From an uncultured cyanobacterium (GTDB lineage Bacteria > Cyanobacteriota > Cyanobacteriia > Cyanobacteriales > Cyanobacteriaceae): a DNA stretch of 64,000 nt. How positions within the stretch are numbered: the first letter of the stretch is position 1; the number at the start of each line of letters is the position of its first letter. The notes under the pieces are model-generated. The model ran no database searches. It was not told the origin of the DNA and saw nothing but the letters and a program-made list of their open reading frames with translations. Positions 1 through 11,010 of this stretch are shown here, one piece after another. A program made the position numbers and the translations under genes. The stretch is from positions 192,001 to 256,000 of the forward strand of contig CAVQBA010000001.1 of assembly GCA_963710605.1 (NCBI GenBank), in the 5' to 3' direction.

Positions 1-75
1 ATCATCCCAGATAATATTACGCTTAATCGGGTTAGCAAATATGGCATCATAAGTTTTACGTTGTTTTTTATTCAT
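1..75 (-). CDS. hicA: HicA-family toxin, N-terminal part (runs off window start)
   Basis: My translation of the minus strand from ATG at 75 gives MNKKQRKTYDAIFANPIKRNIIWDD, resembling HicA N-termini; not in the ORF track. Confidence 0.65.
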   Translation of the reverse strand, partial: MNKKQRKTYDAIFANPIKRNIIWDD

Positions 76-147
76 TATCTCATTACCACTATTTCTCTAG
101 TGATTTTAAGAGATAATATCATATAGACCTATATAGATAATTTTTTT

Positions 148-2796
148 ATGACTAACTTACCTCCTTCCTTAAGCGGTGACGAAATAAGAGATAAATTTTT
201 ACAATTTTTTGCCCAAAGAGATCATCAAATATTACCTAGTGCGTCCTTAATACCTGAAGACCCTACAGTATTATTAACTATAGCAGGGATGCTCCCTTTT
301 AAACCGATTTTCCTCGGACAAAAAAAATCTGAGTTTCCTCGTGCGACTACTTCCCAAAAATGTATCCGTACCAACGACATCGAAAACGTCGGGCGTACTG
401 CTAGACACCATACCTTTTTTGAGATGTTAGGTAACTTTAGTTTTGGTGACTATTTTAAAGAACAAGCGATTCGCTGGGGATGGGAATTATCAACGCAAGT
501 ATATCAATTACCGCCAGAAAAAATTGTTGTTAGTGTCTTCCGTGATGACGATGAAGCCTACGAAATTTGGCGAGACAAAATTGGTGTACCCGAAAAAAGA
601 ATCATCCGCATGGGTGAAGAAGATAACTTCTGGAAATCGGGGGCAACTGGTGCTCGTGGTCCTTGTTCTGAGTTATACTATGACTTTAAACCAGAGTTAG
701 GCGATGATGATATCGATCTAGAAGATGACGATCGTTTCATCGAATTTTATAACCTCGTCTTCATGCAATACAATCGATCTGCTGATGGTAACTTAACCCC
801 TTAGAAAATCGTAACATTGATACGGGTATGGGTTTAGAAAGAATGGCTCAAATCCTACAACAAGTACCAAACAATTACGAAACCGATCTTATTTTCCCGA
901 TTATTAAAACAGCGGCTGATATTGCAGATATTGATTATCATACAAGCTGATGAAAAAACCAAAGTATCTCTTAAAGTAATTGGTGATCATGTTCGATCGG
1001 TCGTACAAATGATCGCTGATGGTGTTTCTACCTTCTAATACCGATAGAGGATATGTCTTAAGACGTTTAATTCGTCGAGTAGTTAGACACGGGCGTATGA
1101 TTGGGATTGAAAATAAATTTATCAATCAGGTTGCTGAAACTGCAATTCAACTTTTAGAAGGCGTTTATAGCAATACCAGAGAAAGAGAAGAATTAATTAA
1201 AGCTCAACTAGATAATGAAGAGACAACATTTTTGGCTACCTTAGAAAGAGGTGAAAAACTGCTAAGTGATGCGATTGTCAAACTCAAAGAAACAGGTAAA
1301 ACGATCGTTTCAGGAGAAGATGCTTTCACGCTATACGACACCTATGGTTTTCCCTTCGAGTTAACCCAAGAAATTGCCGAAGAAGAAGGGCTGGTAGTGG
1401 ATGAAGAAGGTTTTAAAGTCAAAATGAAAGAGCAACAAGTGCGTGGTAAAAACGCTCATAAAACGATCGATTTAACCTTACAAGGAAGTATCGAGCAGTT
1501 AAGCGAAAGTCTGCAACCAACCCAATTTTTAGGTTACGATCAAAATCAATTATCTGCTCGTGTAGAAGTCTTATTAATTGATGGTAAATCAGTAGAAACC
1601 GCCGAAGCAGGAGACAAGATACAATTAATTTTTGACCAAACTCCTTTTTATGCTGAATCTGGAGGGCAAATTGGCGATAAGGGTTTTCTAGCTGGAGATG
1701 ATGCTTTAATCTCGATCGAAGATGTGCAAAAACAATCAAACTTTTTTGTTCATGATGGTATCGTTAAAAGAGGTACAGTAGAAGTAGGACAAGAATTGAA
1801 CGCAACAATCGATCGTAGTTGTCGTCGTCGTGCTCAAGCTAATCATACCGCAACCCATTTATTGCAATCAGCCTTAAGAAAAATTGTCAGCGATTCTATC
1901 TCTCAAGCAGGCTCACTTGTCGATTTTAATCGTTTACGTTTCGACTTCAATTACCCTAAAGCTGTTACAAAAGAACAATTACAGCAAATAGAAGAACAAG
2001 TTAATACTTGGATTGCTGAAGCACATACTGCTCATATTTCTGTGATGGGAATTGATGAAGCTAAAGCAAAAGGAGCGATCGCTATGTTCAACGAAAAATA
2101 TGGATCAGAGGTACGTGTCATCGACATACCCGAAGTTTCGATGGAATTATGCGGGGGGACTCATGTCAAAAATACCGCTGAAATAGGTGTCTTTAAAATC
2201 GTCTCAGAGAGTGGTATTTCTGCTGGTGTCAGAAGAATTGAAGCTGTCGCTGGTGCATCAGTATTAGAATATCTTCAAGTACGTGATGATGTTGTTAAAG
2301 AGTTATCTGATAAACTCAAAGCCAAACCCGAAGAAATACCCGATCGTTTTACTAACTTACAAACTGAGTTAAAAAATACTCAAAAAGAAGTAGAAAACCT
2401 CAAACAACAATTAGCGTTCATTGAAATCTGACAGTTTGATTAATGAAGGCTATTACAGTCGGAGACTTTAAAGTATTAGTTGCCAACATGGGCGAGTTAG
2501 ACGCTAAATCATTACAAACCGCAGGAGAAAGACTACAGCAAAAACTGGGTGAAAGTGCGGTGGTTTTGGCTTCAATTCCAGCAGAAGGTAAAGTTAGTTT
2601 GGTGGCGGCTTTCAGTGAAGGTGTTTATAAAGATAAAAAGTTACCCGCGGGTAAGTTTATCGGTGTAATCGCCAAAATCTGCGGAGGCGGAGGCGGAGGG
2701 CGACCAAATCTGGCTCAAGCAGGTGGTAGAGATGCGTCTAAGATTGATGAGGCTTTAGAAACTGCGATGGCGACGTTAAAAGATAATTTAGCTTAA
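148..2796 (+). CDS. alaS: Alanine--tRNA ligase, broken into 3 ORFs by several indels (near 800, 940, 1025 and 2420)
   Basis: [48 protein letters not shown] and C-terminal [14 protein letters not shown] motifs; the [10 protein letters not shown] motif is readable in a shifted frame after 802. Confidence 0.97.
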
Positions 2797-2806
2797 AAAT
2801 AAAATG

Positions 2807-2828
2807 TAGGGTGGGTATTGCCCACCTT
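2807..2828. repeat. REP-like hairpin GTAGGGTGGG-TATTG-CCCACCTT after alaS (possible terminator)
   Basis: Inverted repeat starting with GTAG directly after the alaS stop. Confidence 0.55.
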
Positions 2829-2942
2829 AAAAACACTGTAATTCACCGCTTAATTTTTACGTTTTAACGCTTAATTATCAAATTTCAAGAGAAAAATAAT
2901 ATAATCAATATTAATCAAAAGATTAATTTGAGAACTAATGCG

Positions 2943-3191
2943 ATGAATGTTAATTTTCCCATACCCCAAGAACTTGAACATTATGTTAAATTACAGGTTC
3001 AATCTGGCGATCATGCTAGTGTAGCAGATTATTTTTTAGCATTATTACATCAAGATCATCAAAAGAAAATAGCACAGGAAAAATTAAAAGAATTAATACA
3101 AGAAGGTTTAGATTCTGAAGGTGAATTAGTTACTTCAGATTATTGGCAAAATCTGCGAATGTCAGTTTTAGAAGCACCGCCAGAAGTATGA
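2943..3191 (+). CDS. parD: ParD-like ribbon-helix-helix antitoxin
   Basis: MNVNFPIPQELEHYVKLQVQSG..SVADY..LL..LKELIQEGLDS pattern; stop overlaps the toxin start (ATGA). Confidence 0.8.
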   Translation: MNVNFPIPQELEHYVKLQVQSGDHASVADYFLALLHQDHQKKIAQEKLKELIQEGLDSEGELVTSDYWQNLRMSVLEAPPEV

Positions 3192-3517
3192 GTTTATCAT
3201 TAATTATCCGTAATCGAGCTACTAAGGATATTAGACAACAAGCTAATTATATATTGACCCAAAGGAATCGTAATACAGCCGAAAAATTTTTATCTTCTGC
3301 TGAGTTAACCTTTTCTCAATTAGTCAAAACACCCCATATAGGGAAAGTTGTCTCATTTGGTTTGTTCGATATTGGCGAAATTCGTCAGTGGTATATCAAG
3401 AACTTTAGAGATTATTTGATTTTTTATCAAGTAGTAGATGAGAGAATTGAAATTCTAAGAGTTTTAAATGGTAGAAGAGATTTGAGAGATATTTTGCCAT
3501 TTTTAGATGAAGAATAA
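3188..3517 (+). CDS. parE: ParE/RelE-family toxin
   Basis: A.KDIRQQANYI...YLIFYQVVDERIEILRVLNGRRDL motif; ATG at 3188 coupled to the antitoxin. Confidence 0.85.
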   Translation: MSLSLIIRNRATKDIRQQANYILTQRNRNTAEKFLSSAELTFSQLVKTPHIGKVVSFGLFDIGEIRQWYIKNFRDYLIFYQVVDERIEILRVLNGRRDLRDILPFLDEE

Positions 3518-3634
3518 GTAAATTTTGATAATTATAGATCGAATGACACGATCGGTTTCAAAATAACATAAGTATGAATCAATTCGAGTGATAGTACAAT
3601 ACAACTATTATGTATTGTTTAAAAAAATATTATT

Positions 3635-4268
3635 ATGTCTATCTTAAAAGACGCATTAAACAGAATTGACTTATGGCTTGAGAATAACCAAGAAAAATTA
3701 TATGCACAAAGATTAAAACAAAGTTTGTTACCTGGTGTTTCTCGTGAAGAAATCGATCGAGCATTTCACGATATTGATTCATTTTATTATTTACCAGAGG
3801 AATTATATGAGTTGTATGAATGGCACGATGGTAGTATGAATTCGGTTATACCTCTGAGTAGCGCAATGGATGCCTTTTGAAGACATAATGTGGGCGACAA
3901 CAGATGAAGTGTCATTCACCTTATTTTCGTTTATTTTAGGAGATGATTATGTAGCATTTGTTATTCGAGGCAGTGAACAAAAAAGCGAAGAGTATTCATC
4001 TGTTTATTATTACAGTAAAGACGGATGGACAGATTATTCAGTAGAAGTAGCACCAAACATTACAAGCATTATGTGTGCTGTAGCTGAGTGTTTAGAAACT
4101 TATGGTTATACTTCATCATCAGAAGCAATCTTTGATGATACAAGACTTTGTTGGGATGACAAAGAAAATTTTAATCGTACTATGAGTAATCTTGAGGCAG
4201 AATACCTACCTTTATTTTGGAAAATTTATCGAAAATACGACATTGATGTAGAAAGTATTTGGTGGTAA
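3635..4268 (+). CDS. SMI1/KNR4 (SUKH) family immunity protein, split at ~3875
   Basis: L.RID.WL...LLPGVSREEI...LPEELYELYEWHDG signature; second ORF (3870-4268) overlaps and continues it. Confidence 0.7.
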
Positions 4269-4395
4269 ATAAAATTATCGGTGAATAACGACTTATCGGA
4301 TGACACAGGTTTAAAATAGATGAGACAAACCAAATGCTTGTTAAGATAGAAGCTAAAGTCTCGCTCTTCTTCTCATTACAGTTTTTATTCAATAG

Positions 4396-4749
4396 ATGTC
4401 TTATACACCAGTCATTGAGGGTAGTTTAGTCGCATTTGGAATTATCGGCTTAACTATAACTGCAATTTTTTATAGTATCAGCAAACCTGAATATCGTAAT
4501 GGTAATTTAGCTAATCTTATTTGTTGGTTAACTGTAGCTTTAGCTGTTTTGACTCTTGCTCTAATTTTATTAATGGGAAAAACAATTACAGCAATTAGCT
4601 TCACTGTTATTTATATCTTGCTAACTTTTATTCAACCAATTATAGATACGTATGTTGTATCCACTTTATTTATTACCTCTATCGTAATGATTATTGGGTT
4701 AGTATGTTCACTTTTAATTATTTCCTGTTTTTCCTTTCTTCCTATCTAA
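4396..4749 (+). CDS. Small multi-TM membrane protein, unknown function
   Basis: 117 aa, about four hydrophobic segments. Confidence 0.5.
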   Translation: MSYTPVIEGSLVAFGIIGLTITAIFYSISKPEYRNGNLANLICWLTVALAVLTLALILLMGKTITAISFTVIYILLTFIQPIIDTYVVSTLFITSIVMIIGLVCSLLIISCFSFLPI

Positions 4750-4796
4750 AAAACCATCAATGCAAAAATGCTAACATTAAATAAGATGTTAATTTA

Positions 4797-5153
4797 ATGC
4801 AGGAATACATGATGATTAATTTAAGTCGAGATATTCAATCTTTGTCAACTTTTAAACGTAATACTAATGAGTTGATGAAACAAATAAAAGAAACAGGAAA
4901 TCCTCTTGTTTTAACTGTAAATGGTAAAGCCGAATTAATTGTTCAAGATGCTGTTTCTTATCAAAAATTATTAGATTCAATCGAAGAATTAAAAGCTATT
5001 ATCAAGCAAAAACAATCTCTTGAATCATTAGAAAACTACACTATAGATGATTTTAATCAAGAAACTCAACAAGCAATTATCAATACTGAAATAGGAGAAA
5101 ATCTAACTGTTTGCCAAGATAAAGACGATCTTTATAGTCAATTAGGTATTTAA
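4797..5153 (+). CDS. Phd/YefM antitoxin with a RelB/DinJ-like C-terminal tail
   Basis: DIQSLSTFKRNT..PLVLTVNGKAELIVQDAVSYQ (Phd-type), followed by FNQETQQAI...LTVCQDKDDLYSQLGI. Confidence 0.75.
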   Translation: MQEYMMINLSRDIQSLSTFKRNTNELMKQIKETGNPLVLTVNGKAELIVQDAVSYQKLLDSIEELKAIIKQKQSLESLENYTIDDFNQETQQAIINTEIGENLTVCQDKDDLYSQLGI

Positions 5154-5173
5154 TGTTAACATCAGTAAGAAAA

Positions 5174-5485
5174 TTAATCATCGGATGATAGAGGTTTAAA
5201 ATCAATCGATAAATCAAGCACTTGTAAAATAGAAGCCAAAGTTTCAACAGTAGGATTACCCTTACCACTAAACAAAAGATGTAAATGTTGTCTTGATATT
5301 TGAGATTTATTAGCTAATTCAGATATAGACACTTTAGCATCAACAATATTTTTTAAAGCTAAGAGAAAAGCCTCCATATTACCATCATTAAGAGTTTCAT
5401 CAAAAGCAGTTGTGAGATATTTTGAAGCGTAATTTGAATCACGAAGTCTTAATAACTTATCTTCTTGATAACTTTTTACTGGCAT
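5174..5485 (-). CDS. Addiction-module antidote, HTH (HigA-like)
   Basis: AFLLALKNIVDA..SELA.KSQISRQHL..LFSGKGNPTVETL motif. Confidence 0.85.
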   Translation of the reverse strand: MPVKSYQEDKLLRLRDSNYASKYLTTAFDETLNDGNMEAFLLALKNIVDAKVSISELANKSQISRQHLHLLFSGKGNPTVETLASILQVLDLSIDFKPLSSDD

Positions 5486-5488
5486 TGT

Positions 5489-5827
5489 TTAATTTTCTCC
5501 TACTTCTTTTTTATAATCAAACCAATATTTTTGAGCAATTTTAATATCTTTATTTTGACTCTTTTTCGATCCTCGTGTAAGTAAGAGGACAATTCTTTTT
5601 CCTGTTATTCCATAATAAACTCTATATCCTGAATCGAAAAAAAATCTTAACTCATAAACACCTTTTCCTACACTTTTATAATCGCCAAAATTACCTAATA
5701 CTAGTCGATCGAAACGAACATCAATACGTACTTGAGTTTTTACTGAAAGATTTTTAAACCATTCATCAAATGGGCATATATTATTATTGGTAACATATTT
5801 CTGAATTTCCCATTCTTTTTCACTCAT
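5489..5827 (-). CDS. Addiction-module killer protein (RelE/HigB-like toxin)
   Basis: PFDEWF..L...RL.LGNFGDYKSVGKGVYELR..GYRVYY..LLL..GSK motif; toxin-first order. Confidence 0.88.
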   Translation of the reverse strand: MSEKEWEIQKYVTNNNICPFDEWFKNLSVKTQVRIDVRFDRLVLGNFGDYKSVGKGVYELRFFFDSGYRVYYGITGKRIVLLLTRGSKKSQNKDIKIAQKYWFDYKKEVGEN

Positions 5828-6162
5828 AAATTATTATACTAAGTCTTTTATTTTATTCATTTTGTCAGATAAATATGACATTAGTAATTATAGACTAACG
5901 ATCGTCAAAGATAAATATACGATCGAAGTTATAGCGATTAAACAGAGAATTAATAACAAATATTAAGTTTCAAGCTAAATATATCATTGAGCCACATACT
6001 TCAGTAAATTTGAATTAAGATAAAAAAACTAATTCGATCGTTAGATAAAATAACCAATATCTCTAAGTTAGTTCAATTGTTATAAAGTACTATCTAATAT
6101 TGAAAACAGACAGTCAATTTATCGTCTTTAGTTTAACCAACTCCTATTACCGCTTATTTGCG

Positions 6163-6975
6163 ATGACTAATAATATTATTTCGAGTGACAGACTAAAAAA
6201 CCGCCGTAATGTACTTAAAAAACAACGTCAATGGCGTATCTTCATTTGTTCTATTCGTATTTTACTAATAACATCTTTGTTTGGTAGTGTTTTTTGGCTT
6301 TTTACTTCACCTAGATGGGTGCTTAGCGATAGTAAACAAATTGAAATAGAAGGAAATAATTTATTAACAGACGATGAAATTCGTAGTTTAGTGGATATTA
6401 GCTACCCTAAGTCTTTATTACAACTCTCAATTGATCAAATCAGGAATGATTTAGAGGAAGATATTCCTGTACGTGATGTTATAGTTACCAAAAAGTTTAT
6501 TCCTCCTGGTTTACAGATTCAAGTTACCGAAAAAAAACCAATTGCTGTGGCTTTGGCACCAAGATTATCACCAAAAACTAAAAAGGTGCAGGTAGAAACG
6601 ATCGGTTATATTGATGAAGATGGTAAATTTATTTCTAGTAAGTTGTACCAAAACTTGAAAAAAAATCCTGAGCAAATACCTAAATTAAAAATTACTGGTA
6701 ATCCGCAAATATATTTAGCTTATTGGTCAGAATTATATAATTTATTAACTCAATCTCAAGTAGAAGTAAAAGAACTAAACTGGCAGAATCCTGCTAATCT
6801 AATTCTAACAACTGACTTAGGAAAGGTACATTTAGGTAGTTATACCTCTAAATTTGCTGAACAATTAATGATGTTAGAAAAACTAAAAATAATTACTCAA
6901 CAAGTACGTAGAGAAGATATTCTTTATATTGATTTGACTGACCCTCAAATACCATCTATTAAAAAACGAAATTAA
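6163..6975 (+). CDS. ftsQ: Cell division protein FtsQ/DivIB
   Basis: Basic N-terminus, single TM, POTRA (IEGNNLL..EIRSL), VTEKKPIA, C-terminal YIDL. Confidence 0.88.
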   Translation: MTNNIISSDRLKNRRNVLKKQRQWRIFICSIRILLITSLFGSVFWLFTSPRWVLSDSKQIEIEGNNLLTDDEIRSLVDISYPKSLLQLSIDQIRNDLEEDIPVRDVIVTKKFIPPGLQIQVTEKKPIAVALAPRLSPKTKKVQVETIGYIDEDGKFISSKLYQNLKKNPEQIPKLKITGNPQIYLAYWSELYNLLTQSQVEVKELNWQNPANLILTTDLGKVHLGSYTSKFAEQLMMLEKLKIITQQVRREDILYIDLTDPQIPSIKKRN

Positions 6976-7349
6976 AATTGCTTATCTTATTTTTATCTAT
7001 TTAATAATATTATAAATTATTCTCGTTTCAAATTAGTCTAGGAAATAAACATCAGTTGTCGTTATCCTTTTTTTAATTGTGATTGCATTAATCATCTGCG
7101 ATCATCATCAAATGGGATGATTTTTTGACTCTAGAATGAAACGATCGAGTCATATTAGGATATAATCATATTAGGTTTAATTAAAAAGTCAATTCTTATA
7201 AATCACGATCGTTTTTTATATTTGTTACAATTAAAAAGCAAATACTTTATTGTAATTCAGAAAAAATATTAGCCATTAATGTTATGATTAATAATGGTAA
7301 TAATCTGAAAATAAATATAAATTTAAAGATCATAATTTAACTGGTAAAA

Positions 7350-8585
7350 ATGCCCATAGAAGTAATTAATTGGTGGCGAATTGTTTTACCTCCTGTAGCA
7401 GGTGGTTTTATAGGTTATTTAACTAATGATTTAGCAATTAATATGCTATTTCGTCCTTACAAAGCTCGATACATATTTGGCAAAAGAGTACCGTTTACCC
7501 CCGGTTTAATTCCCCGTAATCAAGAGAGATTAGCAAAAAGAGTCGCCGATACTATCATGACTTCTTTGTTAACACCAGATGAGTTACAAAAGTTAGCCAA
7601 AAAATTATTAGCCGTAGAAAGGGTACAAAGTGCTATTTCGTGGCTTTTGCAATTAGCATTAAAGCAAGTAAAAGAAGATAAAGAAAAGAAAACAGCTAAA
7701 ATTTTAGGCAATGTACTTAAAGATTTGTTCGGTGATTCTTTACCTAAATTACTCAAAATATTAGTCAGAAAAGATGATTTATTAGAAGGGCAAATCAATC
7801 AAATATTCGATCGTATTTTGTTAGAATTTCAATTAACGGAAGTACAAGCAAGACAATTATCAGATTGGGTATTAAAAGTTGTTTTGGCACCTAATTTGAT
7901 TAGACAAACATTAATTGATTTTTTAACTGATCGTAATATTAGCGTAATTGATGAAGGTTTTCGGGAAAAAACTAGTGGTACTTATTGGGTAGTTGCCAAT
8001 TTATTCGGTGTCAGAAATACTTTGCTCAGATTACGTAGTTTTTGTTTAGACGAAAAAGAAGTTGCGAATACTCGCATTCAAGAATTACTATTGTCTTTAG
8101 AAGCCAGAAATAGACTCAAAGAATTTTTCCTATCTTTATCATTACAAAATTTACCTGTAGGCACTGTTAAACAATTAAGAAAAACTACTAATACCGCAGT
8201 CAGAGGTTATCTAAAAGATAATGGCTCGGAAGTTTTACAACAATTTAGCTCTATGATAGAGTGGGATAAAATATCGATCTTAATTATTAATCGTTTACAA
8301 GCATCTAATGTCGTTAATAGCTCTTTAGGTTTGATTAGTGAAGAATTAGCTTTAATCTTAGAGCGTTATTTAGAAAACGATTTAGAAAAAATTGTCGCTC
8401 AGGTTATCCCTATTTTATCGATCGATGAGGTAATTGTCGAGAGAGTTAAAGCAACTTCTCCTGAAGAATTAGAAGTAGCAACCCAAAGTATTGTCAAAAA
8501 TGAATTACAAGCGATCGTTAATTTAGGTGGTATTTTAGGTATAGTTATCGGACTATTACAAAGTATTCTGTTTTTAGTAACTTAA
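7350..8585 (+). CDS. DUF445-family membrane protein
   Basis: [20 protein letters not shown]...PFTPGLIP and [13 protein letters not shown] ends. Confidence 0.88.
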   Translation: MPIEVINWWRIVLPPVAGGFIGYLTNDLAINMLFRPYKARYIFGKRVPFTPGLIPRNQERLAKRVADTIMTSLLTPDELQKLAKKLLAVERVQSAISWLLQLALKQVKEDKEKKTAKILGNVLKDLFGDSLPKLLKILVRKDDLLEGQINQIFDRILLEFQLTEVQARQLSDWVLKVVLAPNLIRQTLIDFLTDRNISVIDEGFREKTSGTYWVVANLFGVRNTLLRLRSFCLDEKEVANTRIQELLLSLEARNRLKEFFLSLSLQNLPVGTVKQLRKTTNTAVRGYLKDNGSEVLQQFSSMIEWDKISILIINRLQASNVVNSSLGLISEELALILERYLENDLEKIVAQVIPILSIDEVIVERVKATSPEELEVATQSIVKNELQAIVNLGGILGIVIGLLQSILFLVT

Positions 8586-8657
8586 AACGAAAATTGACAA
8601 AAATTGGTACTTGCAATAATGAAGAATGGAAAATAAAGAATAGAGAATTAATTTTAT

Positions 8658-8818
8658 TATAGTCGTAAAAAAAAAGAATTGAGATAGTATTAATAATCGT
8701 AAAAATGTAAGTAGCAAACCCGCCGTGTAATAAATTACAAGGCTAATAAATACCGTTTAATAAATTAAACTCAAAGAAAATATATCAGATTGTCTCATTC
8801 TTATTTTAATTAGCTATA
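8658..8818. mobile_element. ~160-bp MITE-like element with TATAG...CTATA ends (copy 1)
   Basis: Imperfect TIRs (TATAGTCG..TTGAGATA / TGTCTCA..TAGCTATA); internal sequence shared with 33933-34092. Confidence 0.75.
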
Positions 8819-9190
8819 CAATCAAAAGTAAATTGTCAATTTTCGCTACGAACACTATCGTATTACTAGATGATTACACATATCATCGCCAATTGAGCAT
8901 AAAGGGAAGTCACGATCGAATCTTAGGTTAGTATAAGTATCACAATCAGAAGTAAATTGTCAGTTTTCGTTACGAACACTATGGTATTACTAGATGATTA
9001 CGCATCTTTATGTCTAAAAAACGATCGTAGTTTAATCAGATAATTCTTAATTCTCTTACTGAACAATTCTCAATTATCAATTCTGTAAAGTTCTATGGTA
9101 TTACTAGATGATTACACATCTTAAGAGTTAAAAGTTAAGAGTTAAGAGTTAAGAGTAAAATAATTCTTAATTCTCTTACTGAACAATTCT
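8818..9190. repeat. Triplicated ~120-bp unit containing CTAT(C/G)GTATTACTAGATGATTAC(A/G)CAT
   Basis: 64-bp copies at 8818-8881 and 8942-9005, a 28-bp core at 9093-9120, and a second motif TAATTCTTAATTCTCTTACTGAACAATTCT at 9041 and 9161. Confidence 0.85.
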
Positions 9191-9205
9191 CCATTCTCAA
9201 TTATT

Positions 9206-10873
9206 ATGTACCCATTAACAGAGTTTTTAACCGAAGAAGAGATAGACAATATATCCTCACCCTACTATCAGACTATCACTTATAGTTATGAAGGTATTTG
9301 TCCGCAAACAGGAGAAAAACTAACCTTACCTCGTACTATAGTTGCTGAAAAAATAGCGATTCGTTTAAGTAAGCAATTGACACAACGAGGATGGGAAGCA
9401 AAAAAAGGAAAAATGTTGGGGGTATTGATAATAAAAGATAAAACAGGTAAATTAGGCGTAATCAAAGCCTTTTCTGGCTCAATGAAAGAAGAGAAACAAC
9501 TGACAGGATGGGTAACACAAATACCAGGGCATTCAGTAATCGCCCTTGCTGAAAAACTAACTTTACAAAAATTAGAGCAAATCAAAGAGCAAATACTAGA
9601 ATTACAACATTTACCGATTAGACAAGTATATCCACAATTACAAGCCGAATTTACCCAAGAAAAAAAACAACTAAAGCAAATTCATCGTCAACGCAAAAAA
9701 GCTAGAGATAAACAAAGACAAACACTTTTAGAGAATGAAGACACTCAATCTTTAGAAACACAAATGTACCAACTACAACAGCAAAGTCGTCGTGATGATT
9801 GGGAAAGAAGAAAACTAAAGCAGAGATGGCAAGAAAAACTTGAGCCTATTGAAAAGCAAATTAATGAGGCTGATAAACAAATTCAACAACTCAAGCAAGG
9901 AAGAAAACAAGCCTCTCGACAGTTACAAGCACAAATGCAAACAGCTTATACTATCACTAATTTTGCAGGGGATAGTCTTAGTGTGGGTAAATTGATGGGT
10001 AAAACTTTCATCCCGACAGGTACGGGCGATTGTTGTCTGCCTAAGTTATTACATCATTGTGCGACTCATAATCTACTACCTGTGGCGATGGCAGAAATTT
10101 GGTGGGGAAAAACATCACCTAACGGTTTGATGGTAGCTGGTAATTTTTATCCTGCTTGTGAAGAACGTTGTCAACCTTTAATGGGTTTTCTTTTATCTGG
10201 TTTACAAGTCAAAAATAAGATCGATCGATCGTTATCAATGCCAATTATTTATCAAGATGATTACTTAATTGCTGTTGATAAGTCAAGTGGTTTACTATCA
10301 GTTTCAGGTAGAGGTAGTGACAAGTTTGATAGCGTTGTTTCTCGTTTTAGACAGATTACTGGTAATGAAAATCATTTATATATTAACGCAGTCCATCGAT
10401 TAGATCAAGATACATCTGGACTACTATTATTAGCCAAAGACGATCGAACTTATATTCATCTTTCACAACAGTTTGCACAAGGCAAAGTCAAGAAAATCTA
10501 TGAAGCGATCGTCTGTGGTATCGTAACTAATGATGATGGTGAAATCAATTTACCTTTATGGGGTAACCCTTTGTCTCGCCCTCGACAAGAAGTAAATTAC
10601 CAGTATGGAAAACCGAGTTTAACTTATTACCGTGTCTTAGAAAAAGATACACAAAACAAAACGACTAGGATTGAATTTATACCCCATACAGGAAGAACAC
10701 ATCAATTAAGAGTACATTCGCTTTTTGGTTTAGGTTTTGCTATCAAAGGGGATAAGCTATATGATAAAGCAGTTGACGGAGACGATCGATTATTTCTTCA
10801 TGCTCGTGACATCACATTCACTCATCCTATAACCCAACAAACTATTCACCTTAAAACAAAAATACCCTTTTGA
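9206..10873 (+). CDS. RluA-family pseudouridine synthase with long N-terminal coiled-coil/Cys-containing extension
   Basis: VDKSSGLLS, HRLDQDTSG, TGRTHQLRVH and LHA motifs. Confidence 0.92.
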   Translation: MYPLTEFLTEEEIDNISSPYYQTITYSYEGICPQTGEKLTLPRTIVAEKIAIRLSKQLTQRGWEAKKGKMLGVLIIKDKTGKLGVIKAFSGSMKEEKQLTGWVTQIPGHSVIALAEKLTLQKLEQIKEQILELQHLPIRQVYPQLQAEFTQEKKQLKQIHRQRKKARDKQRQTLLENEDTQSLETQMYQLQQQSRRDDWERRKLKQRWQEKLEPIEKQINEADKQIQQLKQGRKQASRQLQAQMQTAYTITNFAGDSLSVGKLMGKTFIPTGTGDCCLPKLLHHCATHNLLPVAMAEIWWGKTSPNGLMVAGNFYPACEERCQPLMGFLLSGLQVKNKIDRSLSMPIIYQDDYLIAVDKSSGLLSVSGRGSDKFDSVVSRFRQITGNENHLYINAVHRLDQDTSGLLLLAKDDRTYIHLSQQFAQGKVKKIYEAIVCGIVTNDDGEINLPLWGNPLSRPRQEVNYQYGKPSLTYYRVLEKDTQNKTTRIEFIPHTGRTHQLRVHSLFGLGFAIKGDKLYDKAVDGDDRLFLHARDITFTHPITQQTIHLKTKIPF

Positions 10874-11010
10874 AAGAGTAACGAGTAATGAGTAACGAGT
10901 AATGAGTAAGAGATACCAATTATTAATTCTTCTAGATAGATGAGTGCCTGTTGCCTTCCTAACTCCGAATTCCGACTTCCGAATTAATTGTTCATTCTTG
11001 GCACTGTTGA

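Noticed and set aside
148-2796. Programmed frameshifting or a naturally split alaS/argS
   Set aside because: Multiple scattered indels with no slippery-site structure; sequencing error is simpler
8818-9190. Possible CRISPR array
   Set aside because: Only three copies; intervening segments are about 90 bp and partly homologous; the repeat is not palindromic; no cas operon
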